This document shows positions 38,761 to 52,499 of a DNA stretch of 64,000 bases, in pieces (the first letter of the stretch is position 1; every line of letters begins with the position of its first letter). This DNA is from Octopus vulgaris. Its lineage: Eukaryota. The position numbers were made by a program, and so were the translations under genes. The DNA is taken from positions 160,394,001-160,458,000 of the forward strand of contig OX597815.1 in the NCBI GenBank assembly GCA_951406725.2, given 5' to 3'. The notes beneath the pieces were generated by a model that was not told the origin of the DNA, did no database searches, and saw only the letters and a program-made list of their open reading frames with translations.

Positions 38761-39268
38761 TTTGAAGTGTAAAGGTAATTTTAAAAAGAAATTATTTTTT
38801 CAAAAAACAACAGCTTTCTTTCAGTTTCTATCTATCAAATCCATTCACAAGGCCTGAGGCTATAGTAGAAGACATTTTCCCAAGTGCCATGCAGTGGAAC
38901 TGAATCCAGAACTATATAGTTAGGAAGCAAGCTTCTTAACACAAAGCTACACCTGCACCTGTAAATATTTGGTTGAAACCCTTTTGGATAGAAAATGTCA
39001 AAGACTGCCTGTAGTACTCAAACTCAAATCTCTTGTACACTTTTTGACCAAAGAATTTCTTTGAATTTCTCTATTCGTTTTAGCAACTTCATTCTAACCA
39101 GTGAAAATAATATGTAGTTGATGTCTTAAGAATTTAGAAACTTCAGAAAGAACAATGGATGTGTAATAATTCCTTTTTTGGAGCTGTGCATCTCAAAGCA
39201 CATAAAGCTGTAAATAAAAGCATGTAAATATTGGGCTAAAAAACCTTTACAGATAGAATAAGCCAAAC

Positions 39269-39339
39269 GATCCTCATGGGACTTGAACCCACATCTTCAA
39301 TAAACATGGCAGATGTTCTACCATCATACCAAAGCGATC
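39269..39339 (-). pseudogene. Degenerate tRNA-like sequence (tRNA pseudogene or SINE head)
   Basis: 71 nt with GATC...GATC termini, A-box-like TGGTATGATGG and T-arm GTGGG-TTCAAGT-CCCAT. The anticodon arm is broken. Confidence 0.5.
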
Positions 39340-39896
39340 CTTTGAATTTCTCTATCCATTTTAGAAACTACTCCAAAGAAGAAAATAAAACAGTGAAATT
39401 TTGATTAGTTGAGTTTGTGTCTTGGGTAGTAAAAATTGCCACATGTTGCCTAAGTGGCAGATTTACACAGATTTTTCCAGACACCAACATTCTCATTGTT
39501 CTTGTCTAATTATTCATCTTTAAGACCACACACACATACATAATTGAAAAGTCATTATTACAGTAAATATTATTGTCAACTTATAGATCTCAATAGCTTC
39601 TATGATTTGATTACAATTGTCCCTTTAGTTACATTTGCAGTGCAAGTAAACTGTCATTTCTCTTTGTCCAAAATATTATGGCATTTTACCAAATTAAAAA
39701 TAAGTAATTGCTATTCCATCTCTTCAGCTGTCAGTGATAATTGATATATCCAATCATTATGAGTGGAATTTGGACACTGAAACAGGGAAGTAGGGTTCTT
39801 GCAGCATCATCATCATCCCCACCATCCCCACCACCACCACCACCACCGCCGCCGCCGCCGCCGCCATCGCCGCCACCACCACCACCACCATTATTA

Positions 39897-40103
39897 AGGT
39901 GGTGAGCTGGCAGAATTGTTAGTGAGTTGGATGAAATGCTTAGCCCATTGCTACGTTCTGAGTTCAAATTCTGCCGAGGTCAACCTTACTTTTCATCTTT
40001 TTTGGGGGTCAATAAAATAAGTAGCAGTTGAACACTGGGGTCAATGTAATTGACTCATCCCCTCCCCCGAAATTGATGCCCTTGTGGTAAAATTTGAAAC
40101 CAT
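39897..40103 (+). mobile_element. SINE family B
   Basis: AGGTGGTGAGCTGGCAGAATTG head, core, and tail AAAATTTGAAACC. Confidence 0.8.
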
Positions 40104-40599
40104 TGTTGTTGTTGTTGCTGTTGTTGCTGCTGTTGTTGCTGCTGCTGTTGTTGCTGCTGCTGCTGCCACTGTTGTTGTTTATCTCTGGATGAGCCTTAAT
40201 ATAGCATATCTATGTTAGCAGGCTTTCGACATTCTAGCTGGGAGCATTGTAAAAGAGTAGCTCAAGCAACTTCATAGAGTCTTCTTTGTTAGCTCGTGTA
40301 AAAATGAGTGTTTGATCCTGGTTATTAAATGTGACATTTGACCTTCAGCAGCATTACATTTTGTTGGTCCTGAGGTGGCTAATTAAGCCAATATTTGCAT
40401 AAAATCCATGGTTACAGTGGGGGCACATAATAACAGAGTCAGGACCCAAAGGGACTCTTGCATCCAATACAACTCTCTTTAGCTTCTCTGATCATTTATT
40501 ATTTTGGGTGCTGTACTCTAGAGTACACAGCACTATGCCACATATATATAATATGGTCCTAAATTCCATTGGTGTGTCCCAAAGAGTATTACTGATAAA

Positions 40600-40840
40600 T
40601 ATTGGTTTCACATTTTGGCACAAGGCCAGAAATTTTAGAGGAGGGGCAAGACAATTACATCAACCTCAGTAAATAACGAGTACTTATTTTAACAACTCCA
40701 AAAGGACAAAAGGCAAAGCTGACCTTGGTAGAATTTAAATTACACTCTGAATTCAAATTCTGAACTCAGAACATAAAGACCAATGAAATGCCACAAAGCA
40801 TTTTCTCTGCATACTAATGATTCTGCCAGCTTGCCACCTT
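40600..40840 (-). mobile_element. SINE family B
   Basis: Reverse complement of the same consensus. Confidence 0.7.
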
Positions 40841-42189
40841 GTGTCATGCCTTCATATTAGCTGCTAGAAACAGCAGCCAAATCTCTCTTCTATCACACTA
40901 ATACATTGTAAAAATCCAATTCTATTACATTCGGCTTTCAGCAGCAGATTTGTTATAAATAATATCTGTTTGGAAATCTGACTCATCAAGCAATTCCTAA
41001 CAATAGTCACTGCCAAGTTTAAATCTTTACCTCCATATGTGCATCAACTTTAACCCCATTAATGTATATGGAAGCAAATTTGGGTATTTTTAGTTGAATT
41101 ATATGTCCAATGTCTTAATGTTCAACAAAGCTACACCTTCATGTAATTGATCATTAATTCAGTATATTATGCAAATATCTACTATATCACATCTACTGCC
41201 ACTGTTAAGCTATCTTTCTGAGATATTATAGCCACAACATAACCCTTATATATATTTGAAACTCATACAAATAAGGTGAATTATGCATTTCTCTTGTGTG
41301 TTTGGAAGATAAATTAATGGAAAATGTAGATAATATTGAAGCTAATTTTTATAATAGATACATTTAAAAACAATCTCGATATATTATTTAAAAAAAAAAA
41401 AAGGAAAATGATTAGACAAGAAAATCAATAACAATGAAACAAGACATTTATAACAAATGAAAAATTGGTTTTGTTATCTAATTCATCTAAGACAACAATA
41501 GCCGTCTATATATTAGGGTAAGAAAATACACATTTTAGTTTATAACAGCCACTGATGAAATTTACATTGTCAAAATTCCTGCCACTTCTGTAAAAGACTC
41601 ATAAAACATTCTCAAAGCAAAATTTACAACCTCTGTTATTCGAAATCATATTTCTCCTTCCTCATTTCCTCCTACTCCACTTCCCTCAAACTTATTTTTC
41701 TTCATTCTTCTCTCCTTTCACTACCTCCTTTCTCACTTGGTTAACCAACATTGTAATTATTTACTTTACTATGCAGATGCCTACTCTTTGATTTACTACT
41801 ATTTCTTAGGATGACCATGAAGTAACACTTATACTTGAAACTTGGTGGCAAATGAAACAAATTATACATTTCTCTGGCCTGCAGGGAAAAAATGTACTAC
41901 ATTTTAAAGATTACTAACTATGACAACAATCTTGTGTTGTGCTTATAAACTTGCTCCAATATGCTTTGCCTATATGTTTTGTAACAAACCATAACTGAGG
42001 AGTGCCTTTCAATTAGAAAAAACAATCTTGATATGAGAAGATAGTCTTAATAGAATAAGAAACTAGCTGAGTTATCAGGGCGTCAGATTAAATATCTTAT
42101 GGGTATATGTTCCTTGCATTACTAGTTCAAATCTTGCTGAGGACAATTTTGCTTTTGCCCCTTTTTAGGTTAATAAATAAGGTCATTTT

Positions 42190-42412
42190 TTTATTGCCCA
42201 CAAGGGGCTAAACATAGTGGGGACAAACAAGGACAGACAAAGGGATCAAGTCGACTACATCGATCCTAGTGCGTAACTAGTACTTTATTTATCGACCCTG
42301 AAAGGATGAAAGGCAAAGTCAACCTCAGCGGAATTTGAACTCAGAACATAACAGCAGACGAGATACTGCTAAGCATTTCACCTGGCTTGCCAACGTTTCT
42401 GCCAGCTCACAG
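42190..42412 (-). mobile_element. SINE family B (subfamily with tail shared with 1215-1428)
   Basis: TTTATTGCCCACAAGGGGCTAAAC...GAAAGGATGAAAGGCAAAGTC...CTGCCAGCTC. Confidence 0.8.
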
Positions 42413-43858
42413 CCTAGACCATCATATTAGCAGGTTTCTTAGAATGTCAGAGGGGGTTCCCTATAGTAGATATTTTGGCACTGCACTTCTCCAGTTCAAA
42501 ATCCTGGTAAAGTGGTCCAAAGATATATTGACTTCAAGGACCCAAGGTCATGAAAACCACTAAGAGATTACATAAAGGTATGTTTTTTTACACTTGGATG
42601 GTTTAGAAATTTTACAATAGATCATGGCATTCATAAACTTCATTTCTCTAAAGAAACGAAGGCTGCTTAAAAATAGTTTCCTATTTAAAGGAGTATTGTA
42701 ATTTGCTTGAAGCATTACAATGTATAAATAATATAAATGTTTAAAAAACACTTCGAGCAATACAGATAAAAATTAAGCAAAATTTGTTAGGTGGTGTCAA
42801 CAAATATAATTATAGAAATGACATTGTCTTACCTTGCACAGGTGGTTTAAGGTTTCAATAATATTTCAGGAAAGTTTCTCCTTATCAAATAAAAGAAACA
42901 AAATAATTCAGGAGCTTAAAGAAAAGTGTTGTTACTGACAGACCATTCTGGTCCCTGAATTCTTGGGTTTTTATTTTTATATTGATAAGGAGGATCTTCA
43001 ATAGAATATTATAGAGATAAAAAAACAACCTATGTAAAATGATACCGTATTTTGGAAAAAGGAATATTTTTCAGTATTGAAATTTCCATTGTGTGAAATA
43101 CAGGGACACTAACAAATAAAGGGGCAAAATGTCTAATTCCTTATCATTTTCCTTCTCCATGAGGCTGTGATAACTATTCCCAAACTCCTCTGACAACAGT
43201 TATAAAGATATATACTAACTGTATTTCATTGCATGTCTACTGATTGTAATAGTTCAGAATATGAGATATATAGCCAAACTTTACTGAGCAGGTGTTGAAG
43301 AATGTGACTGGAATGCTAAAAGAATATTCAATATTCTGAGACATTCTATACAAACATTTTACTGACAAAAATATAATGGTACCACCTCTTATGGGTTAAT
43401 TTGCTAAAACAATAAAAATACATGTTCATAAATATTTTAAGACGTTATCCACTTACTAGAAATAGTTACTTTCAGTTTCCAATTAATTTAGTTGTTGCCA
43501 CCACCTGTTCTTTGGAACAGAAGCTTAATCAAATAGAAACATACCAGAAACGAATTTAAATTTTCATACCAGCCAGTATGGTTAGTAAGTAATTCTCTCT
43601 TTGTTATTAAAGCAGACAAATTCAGTAGAGTCAATGAAGAGGTCATAATATGAATAAAACATGTTCTGAGTTGTGTCTTCTTTTTACTCTTTTATTATTT
43701 TTCTGTCAATAGGCTGTGGCCACGCTGGGGCATCACCTTTGAGAACTTGGTCAATCATATCAATCTGTACATAATTTATTGATTTTTGTTTGTCAAAGGG
43801 CTAAGTTATGAAATACTAATTTTAAAGCTATGTAAACATAAATAGCATAGGCACAAAC

Positions 43859-43893
<35 letters not shown>

Positions 43894-44607
43894 AAGGCTT
43901 GACATATATCATTCTTTCCTCAAGACAATCCTGTTTTGGAGGATCTGTCCTAATGTACTGGACAGATAGTAAAGTATTTCTGTTGAACATAAAAATATCC
44001 CAGAAAGTCTTGGTTATGAAATGCAATCTTATATTCTAAGAGGGCAAAGCTAAAGTATGTGTATGACAGGAAGGCATCCAGTCACAGAGTAACACTTCAC
44101 GATGTCTTATCCAAACTATGGCGCCATGGAAAAAGCAGATATCAAAATGATGATGGTGATGCTAGAGTCATTAACCATTTCATAAACATCTTTCTAAAAT
44201 ATGTTTCAATTGATTATTAAAGTAATCAATAATTTGGAGATATTTAGTAGAATAGATTGTTTTCATTACTGGAATAAATATCTTATGGTCTATGTTCCAG
44301 CTCTTCATTTTCTGAGCTCAAATCCTCTGAGGTCAACTTAGTCATTTATCCTTTTGTGATCAATATAATAATGTAACTGTCAAGTACTGATTTCATAGTA
44401 TTGATTAATCTCCTCCCTTTAAAATTATTTATCTTCTGCTTAAATTAAAAGCTTAATTGCTTTTAATTAAACTGGTGTTTAAATGTTATAACAGAAAATT
44501 ATGATAGAAATTTTTTTAGCTAAGATATAAACATCTTAAGATGAATGGTTTTGTAAAATAGAACTACAAGTTTGGTCTCAAGGGAGTTAATTTTGTAAAG
44601 GTTTTAA

Positions 44608-44827
44608 CTCTTTAGCATTCATATTACTCTGTCAAATGTAATACTTATTTATCCACATTGTTTTAAATTAATCATGCATTATCCTGTAGCTTTGAAATTC
44701 TGATGATGTGATAGCTTATTTTTAGAAGGACATTGTAGGGTAGGTGTGAGAGGCTGCATCTGGTTGGTTTGATCATAAAACATGCAGAATAATTGAGCCT
44801 GAAATGGTCAGTTTAAATGCTAATGGG
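44608..44827. mobile_element. piggyBac-type MITE (TTAA TSD)
   Basis: TTAA|CTCTTTAGC ... GCTAATGGG|TTAA; homologous to 26570-26920. Confidence 0.75.
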
Positions 44828-45339
44828 TTAAATTTCCCCTTCAGAAATGTTAGAAATTTCTTTACTAGTCTTATCTCTTTGGTGTCTTAAGTGAAAGAAG
44901 TTGTGTGGTAGATGCATTCAAAAGGTATGAGGACAGGTATTTTCCTCTCTGGCCAAGCTCTCATCAGTTTCTTCAAGTTATACCTGTAAAAGTTAATGGT
45001 AGAAAGGAAGGTGCTATCTTAGTGTATTTAATGGCAGTCAGGTAAGAGCAGCAAGCTCGACAAAGTTGAATAGTGTCATTGTAATTATGCTTTTGGGAGA
45101 GGGTACTTTTAATGATTTTCATTCTGGGGAGAGAGCATGGGCAATCTTTTATGAGAAACAGGCCACATAAGAAGAGAACATTATCAGGTGGGCCACAGTA
45201 GTAAAAAAATTCAAGGTGATTTTCATCAGGTATGTCATTCAGAAAGTTCCTTGGATGTCATTTTGCTCATGACTGCTGTAGAGTAATCTGGGATACTCTG
45301 TTGGAGTTCCTTTGGTTTACCGTATGAGAGGATAACCTC

Positions 45340-45580
45340 AATATGCCAATGCCATGTAAAAAATATCAAGTGTACTTTGTAAAACAGTTGACATTCAGAA
45401 GGGCATCCGGCCACAGAAACCATGTCAAAGAAGATACAGGAGCTTGGAGCAGTCCTGGTGGCTTACCAACTCCTGTGAAACTGCCCAACCTATGCGAGCA
45501 TTGAAGAAGGGTGTTACATGTTGATGATGATGATGATGAAGAGGATGATGATGATGAGGAGGAGGATGATGATGATGAGG

Positions 45581-45617
<37 letters not shown>

Positions 45618-45637
45618 GGAGGAGGAGGAGGATGAGG

Positions 45638-45686
<49 letters not shown>

Positions 45687-45745
45687 GGAGGGGGATGATG
45701 ATGATGATGATGATGATGATGAGGATGATGATGATGTTGATGATC
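45340..45745 (+). repeat. Decayed RTE 3' end followed by an expanded (GAT/GAG)n tail
   Basis: GTTGACATTCAGAAGGGCATCCGGCC...CCAACCTATGCGAGCAT, then about 220 bp of (GAT)/(GAG). Confidence 0.75.
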
Positions 45746-46352
45746 TATTGGAGAACTTTTCATGTTGGCATTTTATTGTTAGATCGTCTGCTTCTGTTAA
45801 TTTTGTCCTGCTTTTTACTCAATCTAAACATGCAAGTTCATATGTACATATAAATTCTGATTACTATTACAGCAGTCTACATACAGTCTACAAATACAAA
45901 TAGCAATTTTTTTTTTCTCATTTTATTATTCTATCTGTCCCTGAACATATTTATCAACATTTAAATAGTAAAACCAGATGCTGACTTGCTAGCACCTAAT
46001 TCAACATGCTGTCTTAGATCCTGAGAACCAAAATAGATTCTTCAAGATATCAGTAGATGACCTTTGAAAGACAAATGAAGCATTTAACTTTGATCTGGTT
46101 ATTTTTGGATTTCATACCCAGGCTTACAATTTAATTTTACTGCTATTAAATGTCTATTCAGCTATTGATTTGCTCAAATTGGTAGAGCAGAATTTCTAAA
46201 TCAGTACGAAATTCTCTTAAAACTAATGTTTGCCAGTTTGGCCTTCTCATATTCAATTTAAGTTCAGCACCACTAGGACAGCACAACTACTACCATGACG
46301 ACAGCTACCACCACCACCACCACCACCACCACCACCACCACCACCACCATTG

Positions 46353-46414
<62 letters not shown>

Positions 46415-46432
46415 TATTGTTATTATTAGTGG

Positions 46433-46718
46433 GGACGCATGATGGTCTAGTGGTTTGGGTGTTGCACTCACAATCGCGAGTTGGTAGTTTCAATTCCTAG
46501 ATCAGTTGGTGCATTGTATTCTTGAGCAAAACACTTCATCTCACATTGCACTGTGATCACTTTGACACCTTGATGCATGGCACACTGGGCACCTGTTGAG
46601 GTGACATCAATTTGAAGGAGCCAGTACAGCACATACACTCAATCATTCTAAACAAATCATTTGTGCAGTTGATTGGTAAAAAAGCTGAACACTCATACAC
46701 AGTGTTTGATGGGAGAGT
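46433..46718 (+). mobile_element. tRNA-derived SINE (Meta-type core)
   Basis: TGGTCTAGTGG...GTTTCAATTCC head, then TTGTATTCTTGAGCAAAACACTTCATCTCACATTGC. Confidence 0.65.
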
Positions 46719-46797
46719 CCATCATCATCATCATCATCATCATTATTATTATTATTATTTATTATTATTATTAATATCATCATCATTATTATTATTG

Positions 46798-46846
<49 letters not shown>

Positions 46847-46965
46847 CATTATTATTAGCCATCTGGCTTGCCAGTCCTCAGTCAAACCGTCCAACCCATG
46901 CCAGCATGGAAAGCAGACGTTAAATGACGATGATGATCATTATTATTATTATCATTATTATTATT

Positions 46966-47507
46966 GAGTGAGAGAGCAGTGCATGCCATCAAAGTGACAC
47001 TGGGGTAAAATATACGAAGCCCAGTATATCATGACTACCCGTCTGATAAGGGTACACCAGGCACATGCATCACAACCATATGTGCATGACATAGTGATCT
47101 CATATCAAGATAAACATGACCTTGCAGGTGGGGCCCAGTTAGAATTTTATTCAGGTCAAGTAACCCATCCTGCTCAAAAGCTCCCTAAATAAGGTTTGTT
47201 TAGGGATGTTGAACGAAATACCCATGTTTCCAAAGGGGAATTGTCCAAACCCCAAAGAATTCCTCTCAGCACATAGCTATGATGCCCTCCCAATACTTCT
47301 GTTCAAGATTAGAGATGCACATATCATCAGCCACCAAGGGACATGCTCAACTGGTTAAGGTCAAACAACTGACAGGCAAATCTGTGGTATTGAGTAAAAT
47401 GTTTGCTGTAGCCCATCTTTTATACCAAGACAAAACAATGTACATAATGACACATAAAATCAGTTAAGATCAAAAGCCATGAGAGACAGTGTCTGGTACT
47501 GCTTCAG
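46966..47507 (-). mobile_element. ~540-bp non-coding interspersed repeat embedded in (AAT)n (family D)
   Basis: Flanked on both sides by (ATT)n. Partial copies at 7078-7135, 52043-52140 and 52368-52440 also abut (AAT)n. Confidence 0.7.
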
Positions 47508-47565
47508 ATTATTATTATTATTATTATTATTATCATTATTATTATTATTATTATTATTATCATTA

Positions 47566-47975
47566 AGGTGTCGAATTGGCAGAATCTTTAGTAAGCCGGG
47601 CGAAATGCTTAGCAGTATTTTGTACGTCTTTTACATTCTGAGAGCAAAATCCAACGAGGTCAACTTTGCCTTTCATCCTTTCAGGGTCAATAAATTAATT
47701 ACCAGTTGAGTACTAGGGTTGATGCAATCAACTTCACCCCTCACTCAAAATTGCAGGCCTTGTGCAACAAGCTGGCAGAATCATTAGCACACTAGGCAAA
47801 ATGTTTAGCAGCATTTCAGCTGTCTTTACATTCTGAGTTCAAGTTCCACCAAGGTTGACTTTGCTTTCATCCTTCTGGGGTTGATAAACTAAATACCACT
47901 AAAACACTGGGGCTGATGTAATTGACTAGTCCCCTTACCGCAAATTTCAGGCCTTGTGCCTTTAGTAGAAAGGGT
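47566..47975 (+). mobile_element. Two tandem SINE family B copies
   Basis: Cores at about 47660 and 47855. Confidence 0.75.
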
Positions 47976-47986
47976 TATTATTATTC

Positions 47987-48229
47987 CCCTGTGCCGGTGA
48001 CATGTAAAAGCACCATCCGTTTCGTGGCTGTTTACCAGCTCTGTCTGGCACCTGTGCGGGTGGCACGTAAAAAGCACCCACTACACTCACGGAGTGGTTG
48101 GTGTTAGGAAGGGCATCTAGCCGTAGAAACACTGCCAGATCTGACTGGGCCTGATGAAGAGTTCCAGCTTCACAGACCCCAGTTGAACTGTCCAACCCAT
48201 GCTAGCATGGAAAACGGACGCTAAATGAA

Positions 48230-48258
<29 letters not shown>
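47987..48258 (+). mobile_element. 3' copy of the RTE LINE
   Basis: Matches about 23727-23986, including GGTGGCACGTAAAAAGCACC and the (GAT)n tail. Confidence 0.85.
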
Positions 48259-48260
<2 letters not shown>

Positions 48261-48296
48261 AATATTATTATATTATTATTATCATTATCATTATTA

Positions 48297-48342
<46 letters not shown>

Positions 48343-49827
48343 CATTATTATTATTATCATTATTATTAGCGTACTGCTGCTCTCCACCCATTTTTATACT
48401 GCCATTTATCACCTACTCCTCTTTAATTTACTCCTATTTTCTTCACCTTCCCTGCCTTCAGCTAATATTCACTACTGGCAACGCCTCCGTCATTGCTCAT
48501 CATTCATTGCATTTACCTCTATCCCCTTCTGTAACCCTCCGTTGCTTTCCTTTCATGCTCTTGTGAACCTTATAAACACACGCCCAATCATACACCTACA
48601 GACACGCATAAATGCACATGAGCATGTCCATTGTACACACGCACACACACACACACACACACATGCACACACACAGATATTGAGAGAGAGAGAGGAGAGA
48701 AATGGGAAATATAATCATGTTGGGTTTTTTTTAAGTGAATATTTTTCAGAATGCTCTTAATTCCCGGTGGTAATATAATTTATATCACTTTTACTGCTTC
48801 CAGCATCCAATCAGTACATATTATTGTCACTGTATATAATAACACTAGGAAAACAATCTCTAAAATACAAGTGGAACAAAGAACAAAAGAATCACTAAAA
48901 GAATATGGAATTGCACTGATATTTCACTCAAAATATACTTATTGTGGTTTACTTGAACATGCATTAAAAATACAGTTTCCAAATAAAAGAGAGTACTGAA
49001 AAACATTGGACTGTCTAAACAGACTATCAAATTGAGTATTATAGACAATATATGAGAGGGGGAAAAAAAGAGAAGAGAAAATTCCAAAGGCTATAACACT
49101 TGAAAGAAAATTCATGCACCAAAGCTATTGATGAATCAGAGATACAAGTTTTTATCGAAATAACTGAGTAAAAGATTGAGGAAATAAAACTGGTTATTCC
49201 ATTCTTTATTCAATCATCTTTTCATAAAATGATGTAAAATATAAAGTAATATTTCAAATACCATTATTTCTATTTAAAGACTGAGAAATTTATGTGAGAA
49301 AGAAGACCGATGTCAAATGTCAGACATGTGAGCTGTCAGATTCAGTTACATCTTTTGTTCAAATCAAACCTTGCCAAAGAACCATCAACAGATACATAAA
49401 AACCCTATTTGTTCTAAAAGACGTAGTGTACAATAGAAAACAAAGAACAAGAGTTCTTTCTTTTATGTATGTATTTATTTTTCCTTAAGTATAAATATTG
49501 GGAAGATATATTGCAAGAAATGGCTATAATAATTATATCTTGTAATTTTAATTCATGAAAAACTTGAATTGTTGGTTTAAGAACAGAAGAAACTGAAGAT
49601 GCTTTCCTTTCAAATCAGATAAACAAATTAACCATTTTGATATCAATCCACCTGAAATTGCCTTTGGTTCTATGATAGAAAGTTTCTACTTCTAAATTAA
49701 AACTTTTCATCAAAATTTGATGGAAATTTCCCTTCCAAACAACAACTTAAAAAAAACAAAGCTGGGCAGTATAGTTTGCATGAAGCATTGACTGATATAT
49801 ACATACATACACACACACACACACACA

Positions 49828-49880
<53 letters not shown>

Positions 49881-49914
49881 TAGATAGAGAGCTATATATA
49901 TGTATAAATACACA

Positions 49915-50042
49915 CATCATCCTCATCATTCATGGGTTGGATGGTTTGACAGGAGCTGACCAGCTGAAGGGCTGTTCGGATTCCCTGTCTGTTTTGACAT
50001 GATTTCTACAGCTGGATGCCCTTCCTAATGCCAACCACTTTA
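49915..50042 (-). mobile_element. Decayed RTE 3' fragment
   Basis: TTTCTACAGCTGGATGCCCTTCCTAATGCCAACCAC. Confidence 0.7.
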
Positions 50043-50147
50043 CAGAATATACATATAATACTGAGTGTATATATAATAAAATATATATGTAATACAAGTT
50101 GAGCGTTTGTACTTTTAGTTTGTATTTCAACATTGGGGGGGGGGGGG

Positions 50148-50192
<45 letters not shown>

Positions 50193-50199
50193 ATACTAC

Positions 50200-50231
<32 letters not shown>

Positions 50232-50619
50232 CTTCTTCTTCTTCTTCTTCAGGAAATCTTTAGAGAAATGGTGTTGTGATCTAATTTCTTCAAAGTTTCC
50301 TGAAGGGGAAGTGATAACTCCAAAACATTGAACTGCAAGTTAAAAGTAAAAGCCATTGATTTGTACTGTTTCTTATAACTTGTGTTGTTTTGGTTTTAAA
50401 AATCAAAATCAAAAACATTTATAATGACAAACTTGTTTCACTAAGTTCTTTGTTATTTCCAAAAGTAACCGAAACAAAGGATTGAGTATTTCAGTACGAA
50501 TCATCATCAAGGTATAATGTCTATTCTTCCATTTTGCTGAGGCAGATTTTCTTCTATGACTAAATACTCTTCATGTTACTAACCCTTATCTGTTTCCAGG
50601 TAAGGTAATATTTCCCTGT

Positions 50620-51010
50620 GGCCAATCACCGCCATATTGGATGAGATCTCACGACAGCCATTACCATCTCTGAGACTGGAGCAAGAGCTCACCTGCATCC
50701 ATTTGCCATGTGCGAGATCACAACAAGGCTCACGATGGCAAACTGGATTAAAGGGCCCAACAAAACAGACTCTATCTCTTTCCATCACAAGAACTTGCTG
50801 AACACACTTGGTGGCTGGATCTCCAAGTTAGTCCTTTCTGCATGTTGTATCTCCAGAGGTAATGGGCCCACGTTAACGGAGATACAATGGAACGCACACA
50901 GATTGAGATGGCATGCTGAGAGCAACACACTTCACCTATTCTGTGAAACTTGTAAATAAACTGGTTGTGAATTGCATTTGTACTTAAGACTTCTTTCCTC
51001 ACCTGCTGGA
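50620..51010 (+). pseudogene. Possible decayed piggyBac (PGBD-like) transposase C-terminus
   Basis: GC-richer island giving ..EITTRL.., YNGTH and SNT..FCETCK..LHL across frames, resembling the C-terminal Cys-rich domain. Confidence 0.35.
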
Positions 51011-51139
51011 TCCTGAACCAACAACAAAGAACAATAATTAATGAGAGAAGGCGATATTCACCCGATATCGTAAAACTTGCCTCACATTATACTTGTTTTC
51101 AGGTATCATATGATGTCAAGGCAAGGCAAAAGGGTAAGG

Positions 51140-51390
51140 TAAAGTTACTGCCTTGAGTTATGCCAACTCATAAGGATTGGTTTCCTGGTTTCCATGGCAT
51201 ATAAATTCTCCATCTAGACAGGATGCTGGTCTATAGCAGGATTATCATTTTTGCCAGCTGAGTGGACTGGAGCAACATGAAATGAAGTGTTTTGCTGAAG
51301 AACACAATGAGTTGCCTAGTCCAGGAATCGAAACCACAATCTTACAACCATGAGTCCAACACCCTAACCACTAAGCCATGCACCTCCACT
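51140..51390 (-). mobile_element. SINE family C (Meta-type core)
   Basis: Reverse complement ATGGCTTAGTGGTTAGGG...GGTTTCGATTCC...TTGTGTTCTTCAGCAAAACACTTC. Confidence 0.75.
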
Positions 51391-51742
51391 TGTCAAGGCA
51401 AGGATACACACATATACACTTATACATAAATACATCTATGTTTATATGCATATATACATGCATACATATATTTATATATACATACACACACACACACATA
51501 TACACATATACACATAAGTGCATGTGTGTGTGTGTGTTACAGGTTTCTTCCACTTTCCATCTGCAAAATCCATGCATAAGGTTGGCCAGGAGCTATAATA
51601 GAAGACATCTTGAAATCTTGAAATAAGCATAAAATCTTGGGGAAAATAGATTTTTCTATGCATAGCATAAATTTAAACTTATAGACTGGTAGTGTGCATG
51701 TGAGCATGCATGTGTTGTGTGTGTGTGTGTCTGTGTGTTATC

Positions 51743-51981
51743 AATAATAATAATAATAATAATAATAATGATTATAATGATAATGATAATAATGATAATG
51801 ATAATAATAATGATAATAATAATAATGATAATAATGATGATAATAATAATAATGATAATAATAATAATAATGATAATAATGATAATAATAATAATGATAA
51901 TAATAATAATAATAATGATAATAATAATAATAATAATGATAATAATAATAATAATGATTAATAATAATAATGATGATGATG

Positions 51982-52035
<54 letters not shown>
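51743..52035. repeat. (AAT/GAT)n microsatellite
   Basis: Seen directly. Confidence 0.95.
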
Positions 52036-52319
52036 TACCATAGCCCTGATGCCATACCAGACAGTGGCTCTCATGGCTGCTAATCTTAACTGATTGGAAG
52101 TGTTTTCATGTACATTGTTTTGTCTTGGTATAAAAGATGTTGTAATGCTTAGCTGCATTTTGTCAGTATTTATGTTCTGCATTCAAATTTCATGAAGGTT
52201 GACTTAGTTTTTCGTTGTTTCAGGATAGATAAAATAAGCACTAGTTGAGTACTGGGATCAATGTAATTCACTTACTCCTCCCCTAAATTTGCTAGCCTTG
52301 CACCGAAATTTGAAACCAA

Positions 52320-52362
<43 letters not shown>

Positions 52363-52499
52363 GTTATTGAGTAAGAGAGAAGTGCATGCCATAAAAATGA
52401 TACTGGCGTAAAATATATAAAGCCCAGTATACCCATCATGTTTTGACATTCTTGTGATGGTTGTAAAGGAGCATCACCATCGTACAAGCAGTGTAGAAA

